A stretch of DNA of 64,000 nt from Solirubrobacterales bacterium (GCA_035762685.1 DASTNW010000063.1:1732-65731), one strand, 5' to 3'; positions 17,784-27,920 are shown, counted from the first letter of the stretch. The notes: generated from the letters alone by a model not told the origin. Translations and numbers: made by a program.

Positions 17784-18278
17784 TCACCGCAGGATCTCGA
17801 CCAGCAGGACCCAGGCGTTGGCGACCGCACCGGCGATCGCGAAGACGATGCCGGCCGCTACCCAGTACAGCCCGCCCCCAGTCTCGAGCAGGACGCCGGC
17901 GCCGCCGATCACGAACGGCAGGGTGCCGGCGATGCGCAGGCCCCAGCGCGCCCACACCCAGGCGCGCGGGGGCGCGAAGCTGGCCAGCCCGACGGTCGGC
18001 AGCCGGAGGACGACGAGGGCGATCGTGACGCTGACGAAGAGCAGCTCGGCGCCGAGCGCGCCGCTGCCCTGCCCCGGAACCAAGCCGACCACGGACACGA
18101 GCACGACCGTGAGCAGCAGCAGCACCGTCTCCAGGGCGCGGTCCGGCAGGCCGGCTTCGCCGAGGATGCGGTCGAGGTTGATCGAGACGGCGACGAAGAG
18201 CAGCCCCGCGAGCGCGGCTGAAGCGCCAGCGGTGGCGACGAAGAAGTCGCTCCACTGGGCCGAGTCGTAAGCGGTCAC
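17784..18278 (-). CDS. membrane protein, unknown function
   Basis: Only the C-terminal 164 codons of the 573-aa track ORF look real: four or five TM helices beginning VTAYDSAQWSDFFVATAGASAALAGLLFVAV. GTG start overlaps the efp stop (GTGA, 18275-18278). Confidence 0.6.
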   Translation of the reverse strand: MTAYDSAQWSDFFVATAGASAALAGLLFVAVSINLDRILGEAGLPDRALETVLLLLTVVLVSVVGLVPGQGSGALGAELLFVSVTIALVVLRLPTVGLASFAPPRAWVWARWGLRIAGTLPFVIGGAGVLLETGGGLYWVAAGIVFAIAGAVANAWVLLVEILR

Positions 18279-18835
18279 GCCCGCGAGACGTACTCGCCGC
18301 TGCGGGTGTCGACGCGAATCGTTTCGCCCTCCTCGATGAAGAGCGGCACCTGCACGACCACGCCGGACTCCAGCGTCGCCGGCTTGTTGCCGCCGCCGGA
18401 GGCGGTGTCGCCTTTGACCCCGGGGTCGGTCTGGGTCACCTTCATGTCGATCGCGCTCGGCACCTGGACGTCGCTGGGGCGCTCGTCGACGAAGAGGACC
18501 TCGACCTCGGCGTTCGGCAGCACCCATTTCATCGAGTCGCCGAGCGACTCGTTGGGGATCTCGATCTGCTCGTAGTCGCGGCTGTCCATGAAGACCGCCG
18601 CCTCGCCGGAGTCGTAGAGGTACTGCATCTTCTTCGCCTCGGTCCTGACCGGGCGGAACTTCTCCCCCGCGCGGAAGGTTTTGTCGATCACCGACCCGTC
18701 CTCGATCCGCCGCAGCTTGGTCCGCACGAAGGCGCCGCCCTTGCCCGGCTTGACGTGCTGGAACTCGATGATCTTCCAGATCTTCCCGTCGATCTCGATG
18801 TGGGCGCCGTTCTTGAACTGGTTGGTGCTGATCAC
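18275..18835 (-). CDS. efp: elongation factor P
   Basis: VISTNQFKNGAHIEIDGKIWKIIEFQHVKPGKGGAFVRTKLR is the canonical EF-P N-terminus. The start is moved to GTG at 18835 (track start 18880 adds 15 aa). Confidence 0.95.
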   Translation of the reverse strand: MISTNQFKNGAHIEIDGKIWKIIEFQHVKPGKGGAFVRTKLRRIEDGSVIDKTFRAGEKFRPVRTEAKKMQYLYDSGEAAVFMDSRDYEQIEIPNESLGDSMKWVLPNAEVEVLFVDERPSDVQVPSAIDMKVTQTDPGVKGDTASGGGNKPATLESGVVVQVPLFIEEGETIRVDTRSGEYVSRA

Positions 18836-18909
18836 GGCGGCGAATCCTAGAGAAGCGGCGCCGACGGGCGCGAACCTCACGTTTCGAGCCGGCCTGGCGT
18901 TGATAGGGC

Positions 18910-19770
18910 ATGAATCGCAAAGACCTCGAGTTCCGCTCGGGCGGAGACGCGTGCGCCGCCTGGCTGTACCCGGCGGCGGGGAGCGCGAGTGCCAGCCCGG
19001 TCGTGGTCATGGCGCACGGGCTGTCCGGCACCCGGCGCGACGGGCTCGGCCCGTTCGCCGAGCGATTCGCGGCGGCGGGGGTCGCGGCGCTGGTCTTCGA
19101 CCACCGCGGCTTCGGCGACAGCGGCGGCGAGCCGGACCTGTTCGACCCACGGCGCCAGCTCGACGATTGGCGAGCAGCGCTCGCCTTCGCGCGCACGCTC
19201 CCAGGCGCCGACCCGGCGCGCGTCGCCACCTTCGGCTCCTCGATGGGCGGCGGCAACGCGCTCGCCGCGGCGGCGGACGACGGGCGCGTCGCCGCGGCGA
19301 TCAGCCAGGTTCCCTTCCTGGACCTCTGGCGCCAGGCGCACCGCTCTTCGCCGCTGGTAGCGGCGCAGACGCTGGCCGCCGCCGTCCGCGGCAGGCACCT
19401 GCCGGCGGTCGGCCAGCCCGACGAGGCGTCCTTCATCAACGCCCCGGACGCCGAGGCTGGCTGGCGGCACGTGGTCGCGATCGGCGAGGACTCGCGCTGG
19501 CGCAACCGGGTCTCCTCGCGCTGGCTGCTCGGCCCGCCCTACCGGCCCGCCCGGTTGGCGGCAAAGCTCCACTGCCCCTGGCTGCTGTGCGTGGGCGAGG
19601 CGGACCGCGTCGCCAGGCCCGCCGCCGCGGTCGCCGCCGCTCGACGCGCTCCGCGCGCCGAGCTGCGCACCTACCCGGGGGTCGACCATTTCGACGTCTA
19701 CGACGGTCCAGAGTTCGAGGCGGTCGTGGCCGACGAGGTCGAGTTCCTGCAGCGCCACCTGCTTGGTTAG
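18910..19770 (+). CDS. alpha/beta hydrolase
   Basis: VVVMAHGLSGTR, DHRGFGDSGG, nucleophile elbow FGSSMGGG, and C-terminal GVDHFDVY. Confidence 0.8.
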   Translation: MNRKDLEFRSGGDACAAWLYPAAGSASASPVVVMAHGLSGTRRDGLGPFAERFAAAGVAALVFDHRGFGDSGGEPDLFDPRRQLDDWRAALAFARTLPGADPARVATFGSSMGGGNALAAAADDGRVAAAISQVPFLDLWRQAHRSSPLVAAQTLAAAVRGRHLPAVGQPDEASFINAPDAEAGWRHVVAIGEDSRWRNRVSSRWLLGPPYRPARLAAKLHCPWLLCVGEADRVARPAAAVAAARRAPRAELRTYPGVDHFDVYDGPEFEAVVADEVEFLQRHLLG

Positions 19771-19780
19771 GAAAGCGCTG

Positions 19781-21550
19781 CTACCCCTCCGAGACAGGGG
19801 CCGCGAGGCGCAGTACCGCCTGCTCGGGGTCGATGAAGACCTCGCCGCGGACGAAGCGGTCGCCGGAGACCTCCCAGATCCAGGCGATCGGCATGTCGCG
19901 TATGCCGAGCTCGCGGCTGCGGGCGTAGACACGGCCGCGGACCAGCAGGGAGCCGTTGCGGCGCTCGATCAGCTTCGGCGTGATCCGTAGGTCTTCCCAG
20001 ACCTGCTCGACGTCCCGGAGGTAGTCGTGCAGTCCCTGGGGGCCGACGTAGGGCGCGGTGCGGCCAACCGCTTCGGCCGTGCCGACGGGGAAGAACTCCA
20101 GCCCCTCGTCGCAGACGGCGACGATCTCCTCGACGTCGCGGCGGTTGAAGGCCTCGTAGAGCCGCTCGACCAGCACGCGGTCGCGCTCGGGCGCCGCCTC
20201 GGCCGCGGCCGAGGCGGGCGCGACGGCGATGATCGCGGCGTCGTCGTCGAGCCTGCCCTCGGTGAAGGCGTGCAGCGCCCCCTCCAGCTTCTGGATCGCG
20301 ATCGCCGGGCTGGCGACACCGGCCAGCTCGGTGTGGAGCCGCCGCTCGCCGAAGCGACCCTCGCCGCCGGCAGCGTCGGTGACGCCGTCGGTGACGACGA
20401 CGAGCTGCTGCCCCGGTCGCACCTCGGTGTGCTGGACCCCCCAGGCGACGTCGCGGAAGGCGCCGAGCACCGGCGCCGAGGCGGTCGCCTCGACCACCGA
20501 GTCGCCGTCGATCAGCAGCGGCGCCGGGTGGCCTGCGACGGCTATCCGCACCGGCTGCGTCGGGTCTTCCTCGATCGCCATCGCGGCGACGCTGCAGAGG
20601 GTCGCGCCGTGGCGGGCGAGCAGCTCGCGGTTGAGCGTTTCCAACGCCACCACCGGGTCGCCGGTCAGCGCCGCCGCGGTCCGCAACGTGTAGCGGGCGT
20701 GGGCGGTGACCGAGGCCGCCTGGGCGCCGCGGCCGGTGACGTCGCCGATCACCACCATCCAACCGCCAGCGATGCGGAAGGTGTCGTAGAAGTCGCCGCC
20801 GATCTCGTTTTCCGCCCCCGCCGGCCGGTACATCGCGGCGACGGCCCAGCCGGGGATGTGCGGCAGCGGCGGCGGCAACAGGCCGCGCTGCAGGGTCTCG
20901 GCGATCTCCGCCCGTTCGCGCTCGCTGCGCTCGAGGTCGGAGAAGAGGCCGGCGTTGTCGAGCGCCAGGGCCACCCGCCCGGCGAGGACGCTGGCGAAGT
21001 GGGCATCGTCCTGGTGGAAGTCCCGCCCCGAATTGCTGACGCCGACGGTGAGGATCCCGGTGGGACGCCCCCGCGCCCGCAGCTCGACAGCGATGTAAGA
21101 GCGAACGTCGAGTCCGAGTAGGAAGGCGAGGTCTTCGTCGTCGGTGGCGGCGTCGCGCAGGTCGGCCTCGGCGACGCGTTCGAAGAGGCGCGGCTCCAGG
21201 CGGGAGGTCGAAGCGTCGCTCGCCATCCGCTCCTGGAACGCCGGCTTGCGTTCGGCCAGGCCCTTCTCGGCCGCCTCGGCGCCGGGCCCGGCGACGCGCA
21301 CGGCGGCGCGGTGGATCCGCTCGCCCTCGATGACGTCGATCATGCAGAAGTCGCCGAGCTCGGGAACGAGGATCTCGGTGATCGCATCGAGGGTCTCCTC
21401 CAGCGAGCGGCCGCCGTCGGCAACCCGCGCGATGTCGTCGAGCAGCTGGAAGCGCCGGGCGGCCTTCGCCGCGCGAGAGCGGAAGACCCAGACCAGGGCG
21501 AGCAGCGCCACGAAGACGATCGCCACGATTCCTATCCCGATCCCGCTCAA
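19781..21550 (-). CDS. membrane-anchored GAF / PP2C (SpoIIE-type) phosphatase with C-terminal SnoaL-like domain
   Basis: N-terminal TM (IGIGIVAIVFVALLALVWVF). GAF-like region. GGDFYD and VVTDGVTDA motifs of the SpoIIE/RsbU PP2C family. C-terminal ERLYEAFNRRDVEEIVAVCDEGLEFFP (NTF2-like). Confidence 0.8.
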   Translation of the reverse strand: MSGIGIGIVAIVFVALLALVWVFRSRAAKAARRFQLLDDIARVADGGRSLEETLDAITEILVPELGDFCMIDVIEGERIHRAAVRVAGPGAEAAEKGLAERKPAFQERMASDASTSRLEPRLFERVAEADLRDAATDDEDLAFLLGLDVRSYIAVELRARGRPTGILTVGVSNSGRDFHQDDAHFASVLAGRVALALDNAGLFSDLERSERERAEIAETLQRGLLPPPLPHIPGWAVAAMYRPAGAENEIGGDFYDTFRIAGGWMVVIGDVTGRGAQAASVTAHARYTLRTAAALTGDPVVALETLNRELLARHGATLCSVAAMAIEEDPTQPVRIAVAGHPAPLLIDGDSVVEATASAPVLGAFRDVAWGVQHTEVRPGQQLVVVTDGVTDAAGGEGRFGERRLHTELAGVASPAIAIQKLEGALHAFTEGRLDDDAAIIAVAPASAAAEAAPERDRVLVERLYEAFNRRDVEEIVAVCDEGLEFFPVGTAEAVGRTAPYVGPQGLHDYLRDVEQVWEDLRITPKLIERRNGSLLVRGRVYARSRELGIRDMPIAWIWEVSGDRFVRGEVFIDPEQAVLRLAAPVSEG

Positions 21551-21572
21551 CGTCCTTCTTCTCCCGATTCCA

Positions 21573-23378
21573 CTACTTAAAAGAGCGTATCGCTCTTACG
21601 GGCATTGCAAAGAACGTGAAGTGCAGCCGGTTCCCCACACCCGTGATCGCGATCGTCCGCGCCTGCGGCACCTGGGCGAAGGCGCCGCCCCTGCCGCCGA
21701 TCCCGTTGCTGCTGCGCAGCATCAGCCCGTCGCCGGCGGTCCCGGGGATGAGGCGATAGCTGCGCTCGCCGTTGACGATCGCGTGGCGGGTGCGGGCATG
21801 GGCGAGGGTGGTCAGGAGGCGCTCCAGCCCACCGACTTCGGCCCCGTCGACCCGGGCCCAGACGACCTCGTGCGGCCCCGGGGCGGGCACCGCGACGACC
21901 TCGCCGGGACCGGCCTCGACCGAACCGAGCGGCCGCGAGGGCCCGCACCGGTCCGGCGTCCGCGCCAGCACCTGCCAGCGTTCGCTGGCCTGCACGACCG
22001 TGAAGTGGCAGAGCGCCGTCCGCGCCTGCAGCGGCGGGTCCCAGCCCGGGAAGCGGTCGTCGATGCCGCGGGTGGGGAACTCGGCGTAGACGACGCCGAC
22101 GTTCTCGCGCAGGAGGCGTTCGGGCCCGTCGGCGCTGGCGAGCGCTTCGGCATTGACCTCGTCGAGCCGGGTCGTGTAGGCGGAGTAGTTCTGGAAGACC
22201 GGCAGCGGCTCCCAATCGAGGCCGTAGGCCCAGGCGACGCCGATCTCCCACGGTTCGACCGCCACGGTGTGGCCACGCAGCGCCCTCAGCACCTCGGGTT
22301 CGAGCCGGTAGATCCCCTTCATCCCGCCCCGCCCCGCCTCGATCAGCTCCTCGCGCCGCGAGGCGCTGGCCAGGTTCCCCACCTGGTCCACGGCCAGCCT
22401 CACGTTGGCGACGACGTCGAGGCGGTTGGTCTGCCCGGTCGGGCGCACCGGCCACCCGATCGCGACGATCGCGACGACGCCGGCCAGCATCCAGTACCAG
22501 CGCGCCCGCCCCCAGGGGAGCGCGATCCAGAGGACGCAGGCGGTCGAGAAGAAGAGGCTGAGGTGGCCGGCGTCCGTCCTCACGACCCCCTCCTTGAAGA
22601 CCGTGAAGGCGGCCAGCGCCATCAGGCCGACGGCGCACCAACGGGCCCGCGCATCGCGATAGGTGCCGCGGCTGCTGGCAAAGACGATCCCGACCGCGAC
22701 CGCGGCGGCGGCGATCGTCGCCACCGTCACCTGCCAGGCCGGGACGTCGGTGGTCGTCACCATCGCGGCGCTGAAGCCGGAGATGATCTCGAAGGTGTTG
22801 CGGACAAACTCGGGAACCTCGGCCAGGCCCTGTCCGGTCAGCAGCCAGAGCAGCAGGACCTCGGCCCCGAGCAGCGCCAGGTAGAGGGCGAGCTGCCACC
22901 AGCGTGCCCGCAGGCCGATCAGCGCGATCAGGAAGAAGGCCGCGATCACCGGGCCGGCGGAGAACTTGATCAGCATCTCGACCGCGGCGAAGGTCGCGCC
23001 TCCGATCACGAGGGCGTTGACCAGGCGCTCCGAGCGCTCTGCTTCCAGCGCCCACATGCCGAGCAGCACCGCCAGCACGATCGCCTCCTCGATCAGCGGC
23101 AGCACGCCGATCAGGAGGAAGGCGACGATCATCGCCGGCAGGGCCCCGATCGACCGCCGCAGCGCCGCGACCAGGGCGATGCAGAAGGCCAGATGGAGGC
23201 TCGCGAGGTAGAGGAAGGCGAGCACGCCGAGGTCCGCGTACCAGAGCCCCTGTCCGTTCATGAACCCCAGCGGCCCGTAGGTGAAGACGATTTCGCTGCC
23301 CCACTGCATGCCGTCGTGGACGGCCATCGCCAGACCGCCGTTCCAGCTCGAATCGAGGCCGACCGAGGGCGGGTTCAT
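21573..23378 (-). CDS. large polytopic membrane protein with extracytoplasmic C-terminal domain (glycosyltransferase-C-like guess)
   Basis: About 10 TM helices followed by a ~270-aa soluble domain. The Arg/Ser-rich first ~100 codons of the track ORF overlap the SDR gene and are rejected. Start provisionally at ATG 23378; it could be slightly upstream. Confidence 0.55.
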   Translation of the reverse strand: MNPPSVGLDSSWNGGLAMAVHDGMQWGSEIVFTYGPLGFMNGQGLWYADLGVLAFLYLASLHLAFCIALVAALRRSIGALPAMIVAFLLIGVLPLIEEAIVLAVLLGMWALEAERSERLVNALVIGGATFAAVEMLIKFSAGPVIAAFFLIALIGLRARWWQLALYLALLGAEVLLLWLLTGQGLAEVPEFVRNTFEIISGFSAAMVTTTDVPAWQVTVATIAAAAVAVGIVFASSRGTYRDARARWCAVGLMALAAFTVFKEGVVRTDAGHLSLFFSTACVLWIALPWGRARWYWMLAGVVAIVAIGWPVRPTGQTNRLDVVANVRLAVDQVGNLASASRREELIEAGRGGMKGIYRLEPEVLRALRGHTVAVEPWEIGVAWAYGLDWEPLPVFQNYSAYTTRLDEVNAEALASADGPERLLRENVGVVYAEFPTRGIDDRFPGWDPPLQARTALCHFTVVQASERWQVLARTPDRCGPSRPLGSVEAGPGEVVAVPAPGPHEVVWARVDGAEVGGLERLLTTLAHARTRHAIVNGERSYRLIPGTAGDGLMLRSSNGIGGRGGAFAQVPQARTIAITGVGNRLHFTFFAMPVRAIRSFK

Positions 23379-23484
23379 ACCCACCTTCCAGCCCAGCAGG
23401 GCGACGATCGAGCCCAGCAGCCAGGTGGGGGGCCGGCGGGCTGGAAGCGACCTCGTCGCTCCCTCCAACCTGCGCCGGAGCGAA

Positions 23485-24294
23485 TCAGGCCGACTGGGAG
23501 TCAGAGTCCTTTTCGCCCGCCGTGCTGGTCGTGAGGTTTGCCGCGGCGCCGCCGCTGAGGACGCGGCGGACGAGGCGCGGAACGAGGACGCGGGAGATCG
23601 CCACGAGGGCGTAATACCGCGGGACGTAGCGCTCGGCCTTGCCGCCGGGCCCGGCTTCGTAGATCGCCTCGGCGACCTTCTCGGGCTTGGAGACCAGCCA
23701 CCGGGTGAGCGCTTTCTGCCGCAGCTCGGTGGCCGGGAAGCCCTCGGTCGCGACGAAGCCCGGCAGGACCGCACCGACGTGGACGCCGTGCGGCAGCTCC
23801 TCGGCGTAGAGCGAGTCGGTCCAGCCGATCAGGGCGGCCTTGCTGGCCGAGTAGGCGCCGGTGCGGGCGCGCGAGACGCGGCCGGCGGTGCTTGCGACGT
23901 TGACGATCGCGCTCGGGGCCGAGGCGCGCAGCAGTGGCAGCAGCGCCTCGGTGAGGCGGACGACGGCGTCGAAGTTGAGCTCCATGTTGCGCCGGACGTT
24001 GGCGTGGCCGCTCTCGGCGAAGCCGCCGCGCCAGGCGGCGCCGGCGTTGTTGACGAGGAGGTCGAGGCCGTCGTGGTGGGCTTCGAGATGGGCGCGCACG
24101 TGCTCCGGCGCGCTCTCGTCGGTGAGGTCGACGGCGAGGTGGGTCGCGCGGCAGGGCAGCGAGGCGGCGAGGTCGCGCAGCAACTCCTCCCGGCGCGCGA
24201 CCAGCACCAGCTCGGTGCCGGGCTCACGCGCAAGCCGGATCGCCGCCGCCCGGCCGATCCCCGTCGAAGCCCCCGTCACCACAGCCACGCTCAT
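23485..24294 (-). CDS. short-chain dehydrogenase/reductase
   Basis: MSVAVVTGASTGIGRA (Rossmann TGxxxGxG), NNAG, and catalytic YSASKAAL. Start at ATG 24294, not the track start 24555. Confidence 0.85.
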   Translation of the reverse strand: MSVAVVTGASTGIGRAAAIRLAREPGTELVLVARREELLRDLAASLPCRATHLAVDLTDESAPEHVRAHLEAHHDGLDLLVNNAGAAWRGGFAESGHANVRRNMELNFDAVVRLTEALLPLLRASAPSAIVNVASTAGRVSRARTGAYSASKAALIGWTDSLYAEELPHGVHVGAVLPGFVATEGFPATELRQKALTRWLVSKPEKVAEAIYEAGPGGKAERYVPRYYALVAISRVLVPRLVRRVLSGGAAANLTTSTAGEKDSDSQSA

Positions 24295-24325
24295 CGGCGC
24301 AACGGTATTGCAAGGATGGGGCGCG

Positions 24326-25510
24326 ATGCCGGGACTGCCGAGGAGCCGTGCGGCGCACTTCACGACGACCCGCCGCGAAGGTGAGCGGGTGACGCCGCTG
24401 GAGCTCTTCTTCGACCTCGTCTTCGTCCTCGCGATCACCCAGTGCACGGCGCTGATCGCCGACCGCCCGACCTGGGAGGGCATGGCCCAGGGCCTGCTGG
24501 TGCTGGGCGTGCTCTGGTGGGCCTGGGTCGGGTACGCCTGGCTGACCAGCGTCATCGACCCCGAGGAGGGCGCGGTGCGGCTGGTCTTCTTCGTCGCGAT
24601 GGCGGCGCTGCTGATCGTCTCCCTCTCCGTGCCCGAGGCCTTCGACGACCTGGGCCTGACCTTCGCCCTCGCCTACGGCGTCTTCCGCGTCGCCCACATC
24701 GCCCTCTTCATGCTCGCCAGCCCCGACGACGACGCCCTGCGCCACTCGGTGATCGGGCTCGCAGTCAGCACCGCGGTCGCGGTCGGGTTGCTCTGCACCG
24801 CCTCGCTGTTCGACGGCTGGGCGCAGGGAGCGCTGTGGGCGCTCGCCCTCTTCCTCGACATGGCAGGGCCCTACTTCTTCGGCTCGGAGGGCTGGACGCT
24901 GGTTCCTGGGCACTTCGCCGAGCGCCACGGGCTGATCGTGATCATCGCCCTCGGCGAGTCGATCGTCGCGCTTGGGATCGGTGCCGCCGGCGAGCTCAGC
25001 CTCGGGATCGGGACCGTCGCCGTACTCGGGGTGGCCCTGGCCGCCGCCCTCTGGTGGACCTACTTCGACGTCGTCGCCCTGGTCTCCGCCCGGCGCCTCG
25101 GCGAGGCGGAGCCGGGACGGGTGCAGAACGAGCTCGCCCGCGACTCCTACTCCTACCTCCACTTTCCGCTGGTTGCCGGCATCGTCCTCATCGCCTTCGG
25201 CCTCAAGGTCGCGATCGCCCACGACGGCGAACACCTGCACACCGAGCCGGCCTTCGCCCTGCTCGGCGGCACCGCGATCTACCTGCTGGGGCTGGTTGCC
25301 TTCCGCTACCGCCACGTCCGGACGGTCAACCGCCATCGCCTCGGCCTGGCGATCGTGCTGCTGATCGCGGTCCCGGTCGCGGCCGCGGTCCCCGCCTGGG
25401 TCAGTGTCGCCGTCGTCGACGCCCTCCTCTGGACGATGATCGCCTACGAGCACCGCCGCTACGGCGAGGGCCGCGAGCAGCTCCGCCACGAAGCCGCCGC
25501 GGCCACGTAG
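24326..25510 (+). CDS. low-temperature-requirement protein A (LtrA) family membrane protein
   Basis: VTPLELFFDLVFVLAITQ followed by about 10 TM helices, which is the LtrA family hallmark. Start at ATG 24326, inside the longer track ORF. Confidence 0.75.
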   Translation: MPGLPRSRAAHFTTTRREGERVTPLELFFDLVFVLAITQCTALIADRPTWEGMAQGLLVLGVLWWAWVGYAWLTSVIDPEEGAVRLVFFVAMAALLIVSLSVPEAFDDLGLTFALAYGVFRVAHIALFMLASPDDDALRHSVIGLAVSTAVAVGLLCTASLFDGWAQGALWALALFLDMAGPYFFGSEGWTLVPGHFAERHGLIVIIALGESIVALGIGAAGELSLGIGTVAVLGVALAAALWWTYFDVVALVSARRLGEAEPGRVQNELARDSYSYLHFPLVAGIVLIAFGLKVAIAHDGEHLHTEPAFALLGGTAIYLLGLVAFRYRHVRTVNRHRLGLAIVLLIAVPVAAAVPAWVSVAVVDALLWTMIAYEHRRYGEGREQLRHEAAAAT

Positions 25511-25743
25511 AGGTTCTCCAGCGTGCCTTCGCGGGGCCGCCTCTGCAGCCGCTCGATGCAGCCCGAATCGACGAGGACGGCCGTGTGGTAGGCCGCCTGC
25601 TCCAGCGTCAGGTCCATCTCGCGGGCGAGTTCGGCGGGGGTGGCGGCGCGGGACTGCAGCGTCTCGAAGATGCGCCGCCGCACGTCATGCCCCAGCGCCC
25701 GGGCCCGCGACGGGTCGGGGCACGCGGGCTTCTTCTCTGACAT
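25459..25743 (-). CDS. ArsR-type winged-helix transcriptional regulator
   Basis: LGHDVRRRIFETLQSRAATPAELAREMDLTLEQAAYHTAVLVDSGCIE is an ArsR/SmtB-like HTH. Its 3' end overlaps the convergent ltrA end by about 50 nt. Confidence 0.6.
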   Translation of the reverse strand: MSEKKPACPDPSRARALGHDVRRRIFETLQSRAATPAELAREMDLTLEQAAYHTAVLVDSGCIERLQRRPREGTLENLYVAAAASWRSCSRPSP

Positions 25744-25844
25744 CGCTGACTCCTCCAGGTTGCGCTGATCACCGGACCCCTAACCAATGTCCTCCTGACG
25801 AGCGCCCGATCCAACCTCACTTTTCGGAGTAGGAAGAGCAACCG

Positions 25845-26138
25845 ATGCGAAAAATTCAACCATCGGGCGCGGCCTGCCCGAGCGCCCCAGGTGGACGTCG
25901 GGCAGGCCGGCCCCTGCACGACTACCCGTTCTTGCTGATCGAGGCCGTCGGGAATGCGGTCGTCGCAATCGCGATCTTCATCGCCGTTCACCCCCTTCCC
26001 TGGAATCGCTTCAGTTCGGCCGCGCACTGGTCGCGACCCGGGGCCACTTCCGGACAGCGGCCCTCGGCAGCCCCGACACGCGAGACCGGGAGAAATGATG
26101 GAGGCGTTTCCACCGGTGAACGTAATCGCCTCAAATAG
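25845..26138 (+). CDS. possible small single-pass membrane protein
   Basis: ATG preceded by GGAGTAGGAAGAG. Central hydrophobic helix FLLIEAVGNAVVAIAIFIAV, where hand-counted GC3 is about 88 percent. Flanking parts are less convincing. Confidence 0.35.
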   Translation: MRKIQPSGAACPSAPGGRRAGRPLHDYPFLLIEAVGNAVVAIAIFIAVHPLPWNRFSSAAHWSRPGATSGQRPSAAPTRETGRNDGGVSTGERNRLK

Positions 26139-26208
26139 CGAACACACGGCGGTTTTCAGGGAATAGCATGAACGTTCTAAACCCCTCGACCACTGGAGGC
26201 ACTGGACT

Positions 26209-26790
26209 ATGGCCGCCGCCGAAAAGACCGAGACTCCACAGCTTCGATTCCTCAAAGCACTCGCTCACGAGACGCGGCTGAAGATCCTCGGCGTGCTCAG
26301 CTACAGGAACATCAGTCCGGCGGAATTCGCCCGGGAGAACCGGATGGAACTGTCGACCGTCGCGTACCACTTCCGCAAGCTGAAGGCGTGGGGCTTCGTC
26401 GAGGTGGCGGACACCAGGCCCGCCCGGGGCTCGACCGAGCATTTCCACCGCGGCACCCGCCAGGTCGTCTTCGACGACGACCTCTGGAAGACGATGCCGC
26501 CGATGCTGCACCAGGTGGTCAGCGGCACGATCCTGGAGGACCTGCTCGGCCGGATCAGCAAGGCGTTCACAGCCGGGACCTTCGACGCGCGGCTGGACCG
26601 GCACTTCACCTGGACGCCGCTGAAGCTGGACGAGCAGGGCTGGAGCGAGCTCACCGACCTGCTCAAAGGCACCTTCGAGCGGATCGGCGAGATCAACGGC
26701 GACGCCAGCGAGCGCCTGGCCGAGTCCGGCGAGCCGTCGATCGAGGCGACCGCGGCGCTGCTCGGTTTCGAATCGCCGAAGCAGGCATAG
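26209..26790 (+). CDS. ArsR-family winged-helix regulator with C-terminal extension
   Basis: FLKALAHETRLKILGVLSYRNISPAEFARENRMELSTVAYHFRKLKAWGFVE is the canonical ArsR HTH. Confidence 0.7.
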   Translation: MAAAEKTETPQLRFLKALAHETRLKILGVLSYRNISPAEFARENRMELSTVAYHFRKLKAWGFVEVADTRPARGSTEHFHRGTRQVVFDDDLWKTMPPMLHQVVSGTILEDLLGRISKAFTAGTFDARLDRHFTWTPLKLDEQGWSELTDLLKGTFERIGEINGDASERLAESGEPSIEATAALLGFESPKQA

Positions 26791-26866
26791 GCCGCCGCAG
26801 ACACCCGCGCGGAGCGCGCCCGGGCGAGGCGACGGACGTACGTTCGATTTCGACATACTGCGGCCC

Positions 26867-27916
26867 TTGACCGAGACGCCTCGACTGCTCGACGATCTTC
26901 TGCGCGCTGGCGCGCCCTCCGGATACGAGGGCCCGGCGGCGCAGATCTGGCGCGACGCCGCCTCCTTTGCCGCGCTCAGCAGCGACGGAATCGGCTCCTC
27001 GATCGCCCGGGTCGGCGAGACCGCGCCGCTGCTGGCGGTCGTCGGCCACATCGACGAGATCGGGCTGATCGTCACCCACATCGACGAGAAGGGCTTCCTC
27101 TGGTTCTCGCCGGTGGGTGGCTGGGACCCCCAGATCCTGGTCGGCCAGCGGGTCGAGGTCCGGGGCAAGGACGGTCCGGTCCTCGGCGTGGTCGGACGCA
27201 AGCCGATCCACCTGCTCGAGGCCGAGCAGCGCAAGAAGGTGGTCGAGCTGAAAGGGCTGCACATCGACGTCGGCGCCAGCGACCGCGACGAGGCGGCGGA
27301 CCTGATCCGGGTCGGCGACCCGGTCGTGATCGCGGCGGAGCCGATGCCGGTGGCCGGCGACCGCCTCGTCTCGCGGGCGATGGACAACCGCCTCGGCGCC
27401 TACGTGGCGCTGGAGAGCCTGCGCCGCTCCCGCGAGCGCGACGACCTCGGTGGCTCCTTCGCCGCGATCGCCGCGGTGCAGGAGGAGATCGGCCTCTTCG
27501 GCGCCCGCACCGCCGCCTTCGAGGTCCGCCCCGACCTCGCGATCGCCGTCGACGTCACCCACGCGACCGACGCGCCCGGGGTCGACGAGAAGGAGATCGG
27601 CAGCCACCCGCTCGGCTCAGGCCCGGCGATCGGCCGCGGCTCCACCCTCTCCCCCAAGGTCTTCGAGCTGCTGGTCGAGACCGCCGAGGCGGAAGGCATC
27701 GAGCACTCGATCAGCGCCAGTGGGCGCGGCACCAGTACCGACGCCGACGTGCTGCAGATCTCCCGCGCGGGCATTCCCACCGGCCTCGTCTCGATCCCGC
27801 TCCGCTACATGCACTCGCCGGTCGAGATGGTCGACCTGCGCGACGTCGAGGCGACGGTCGAACTGCTGGCGGCGTTTGCGGCGCGGCTGACGGCCGACAT
27901 CGACCTCAGCCGCTGA
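26867..27916 (+). CDS. M42 family aminopeptidase (FrvX/endoglucanase-like)
   Basis: APSGYE...VVGHIDEIGLIVTHIDEKGFLWFSPVGGW...RAMDNRLG...PLRYMHSP. TTG start. Confidence 0.85.
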   Translation: MTETPRLLDDLLRAGAPSGYEGPAAQIWRDAASFAALSSDGIGSSIARVGETAPLLAVVGHIDEIGLIVTHIDEKGFLWFSPVGGWDPQILVGQRVEVRGKDGPVLGVVGRKPIHLLEAEQRKKVVELKGLHIDVGASDRDEAADLIRVGDPVVIAAEPMPVAGDRLVSRAMDNRLGAYVALESLRRSRERDDLGGSFAAIAAVQEEIGLFGARTAAFEVRPDLAIAVDVTHATDAPGVDEKEIGSHPLGSGPAIGRGSTLSPKVFELLVETAEAEGIEHSISASGRGTSTDADVLQISRAGIPTGLVSIPLRYMHSPVEMVDLRDVEATVELLAAFAARLTADIDLSR

Positions 27917-27920
27917 GGGC

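Noticed and set aside
21144-23534. 796-aa plus-strand ORF antisense to the PP2C and membrane-protein genes
   Set aside because: Low-complexity Arg/Pro/Gly composition and no motifs. The opposite strand encodes proteins with clear TM helices and PP2C motifs.
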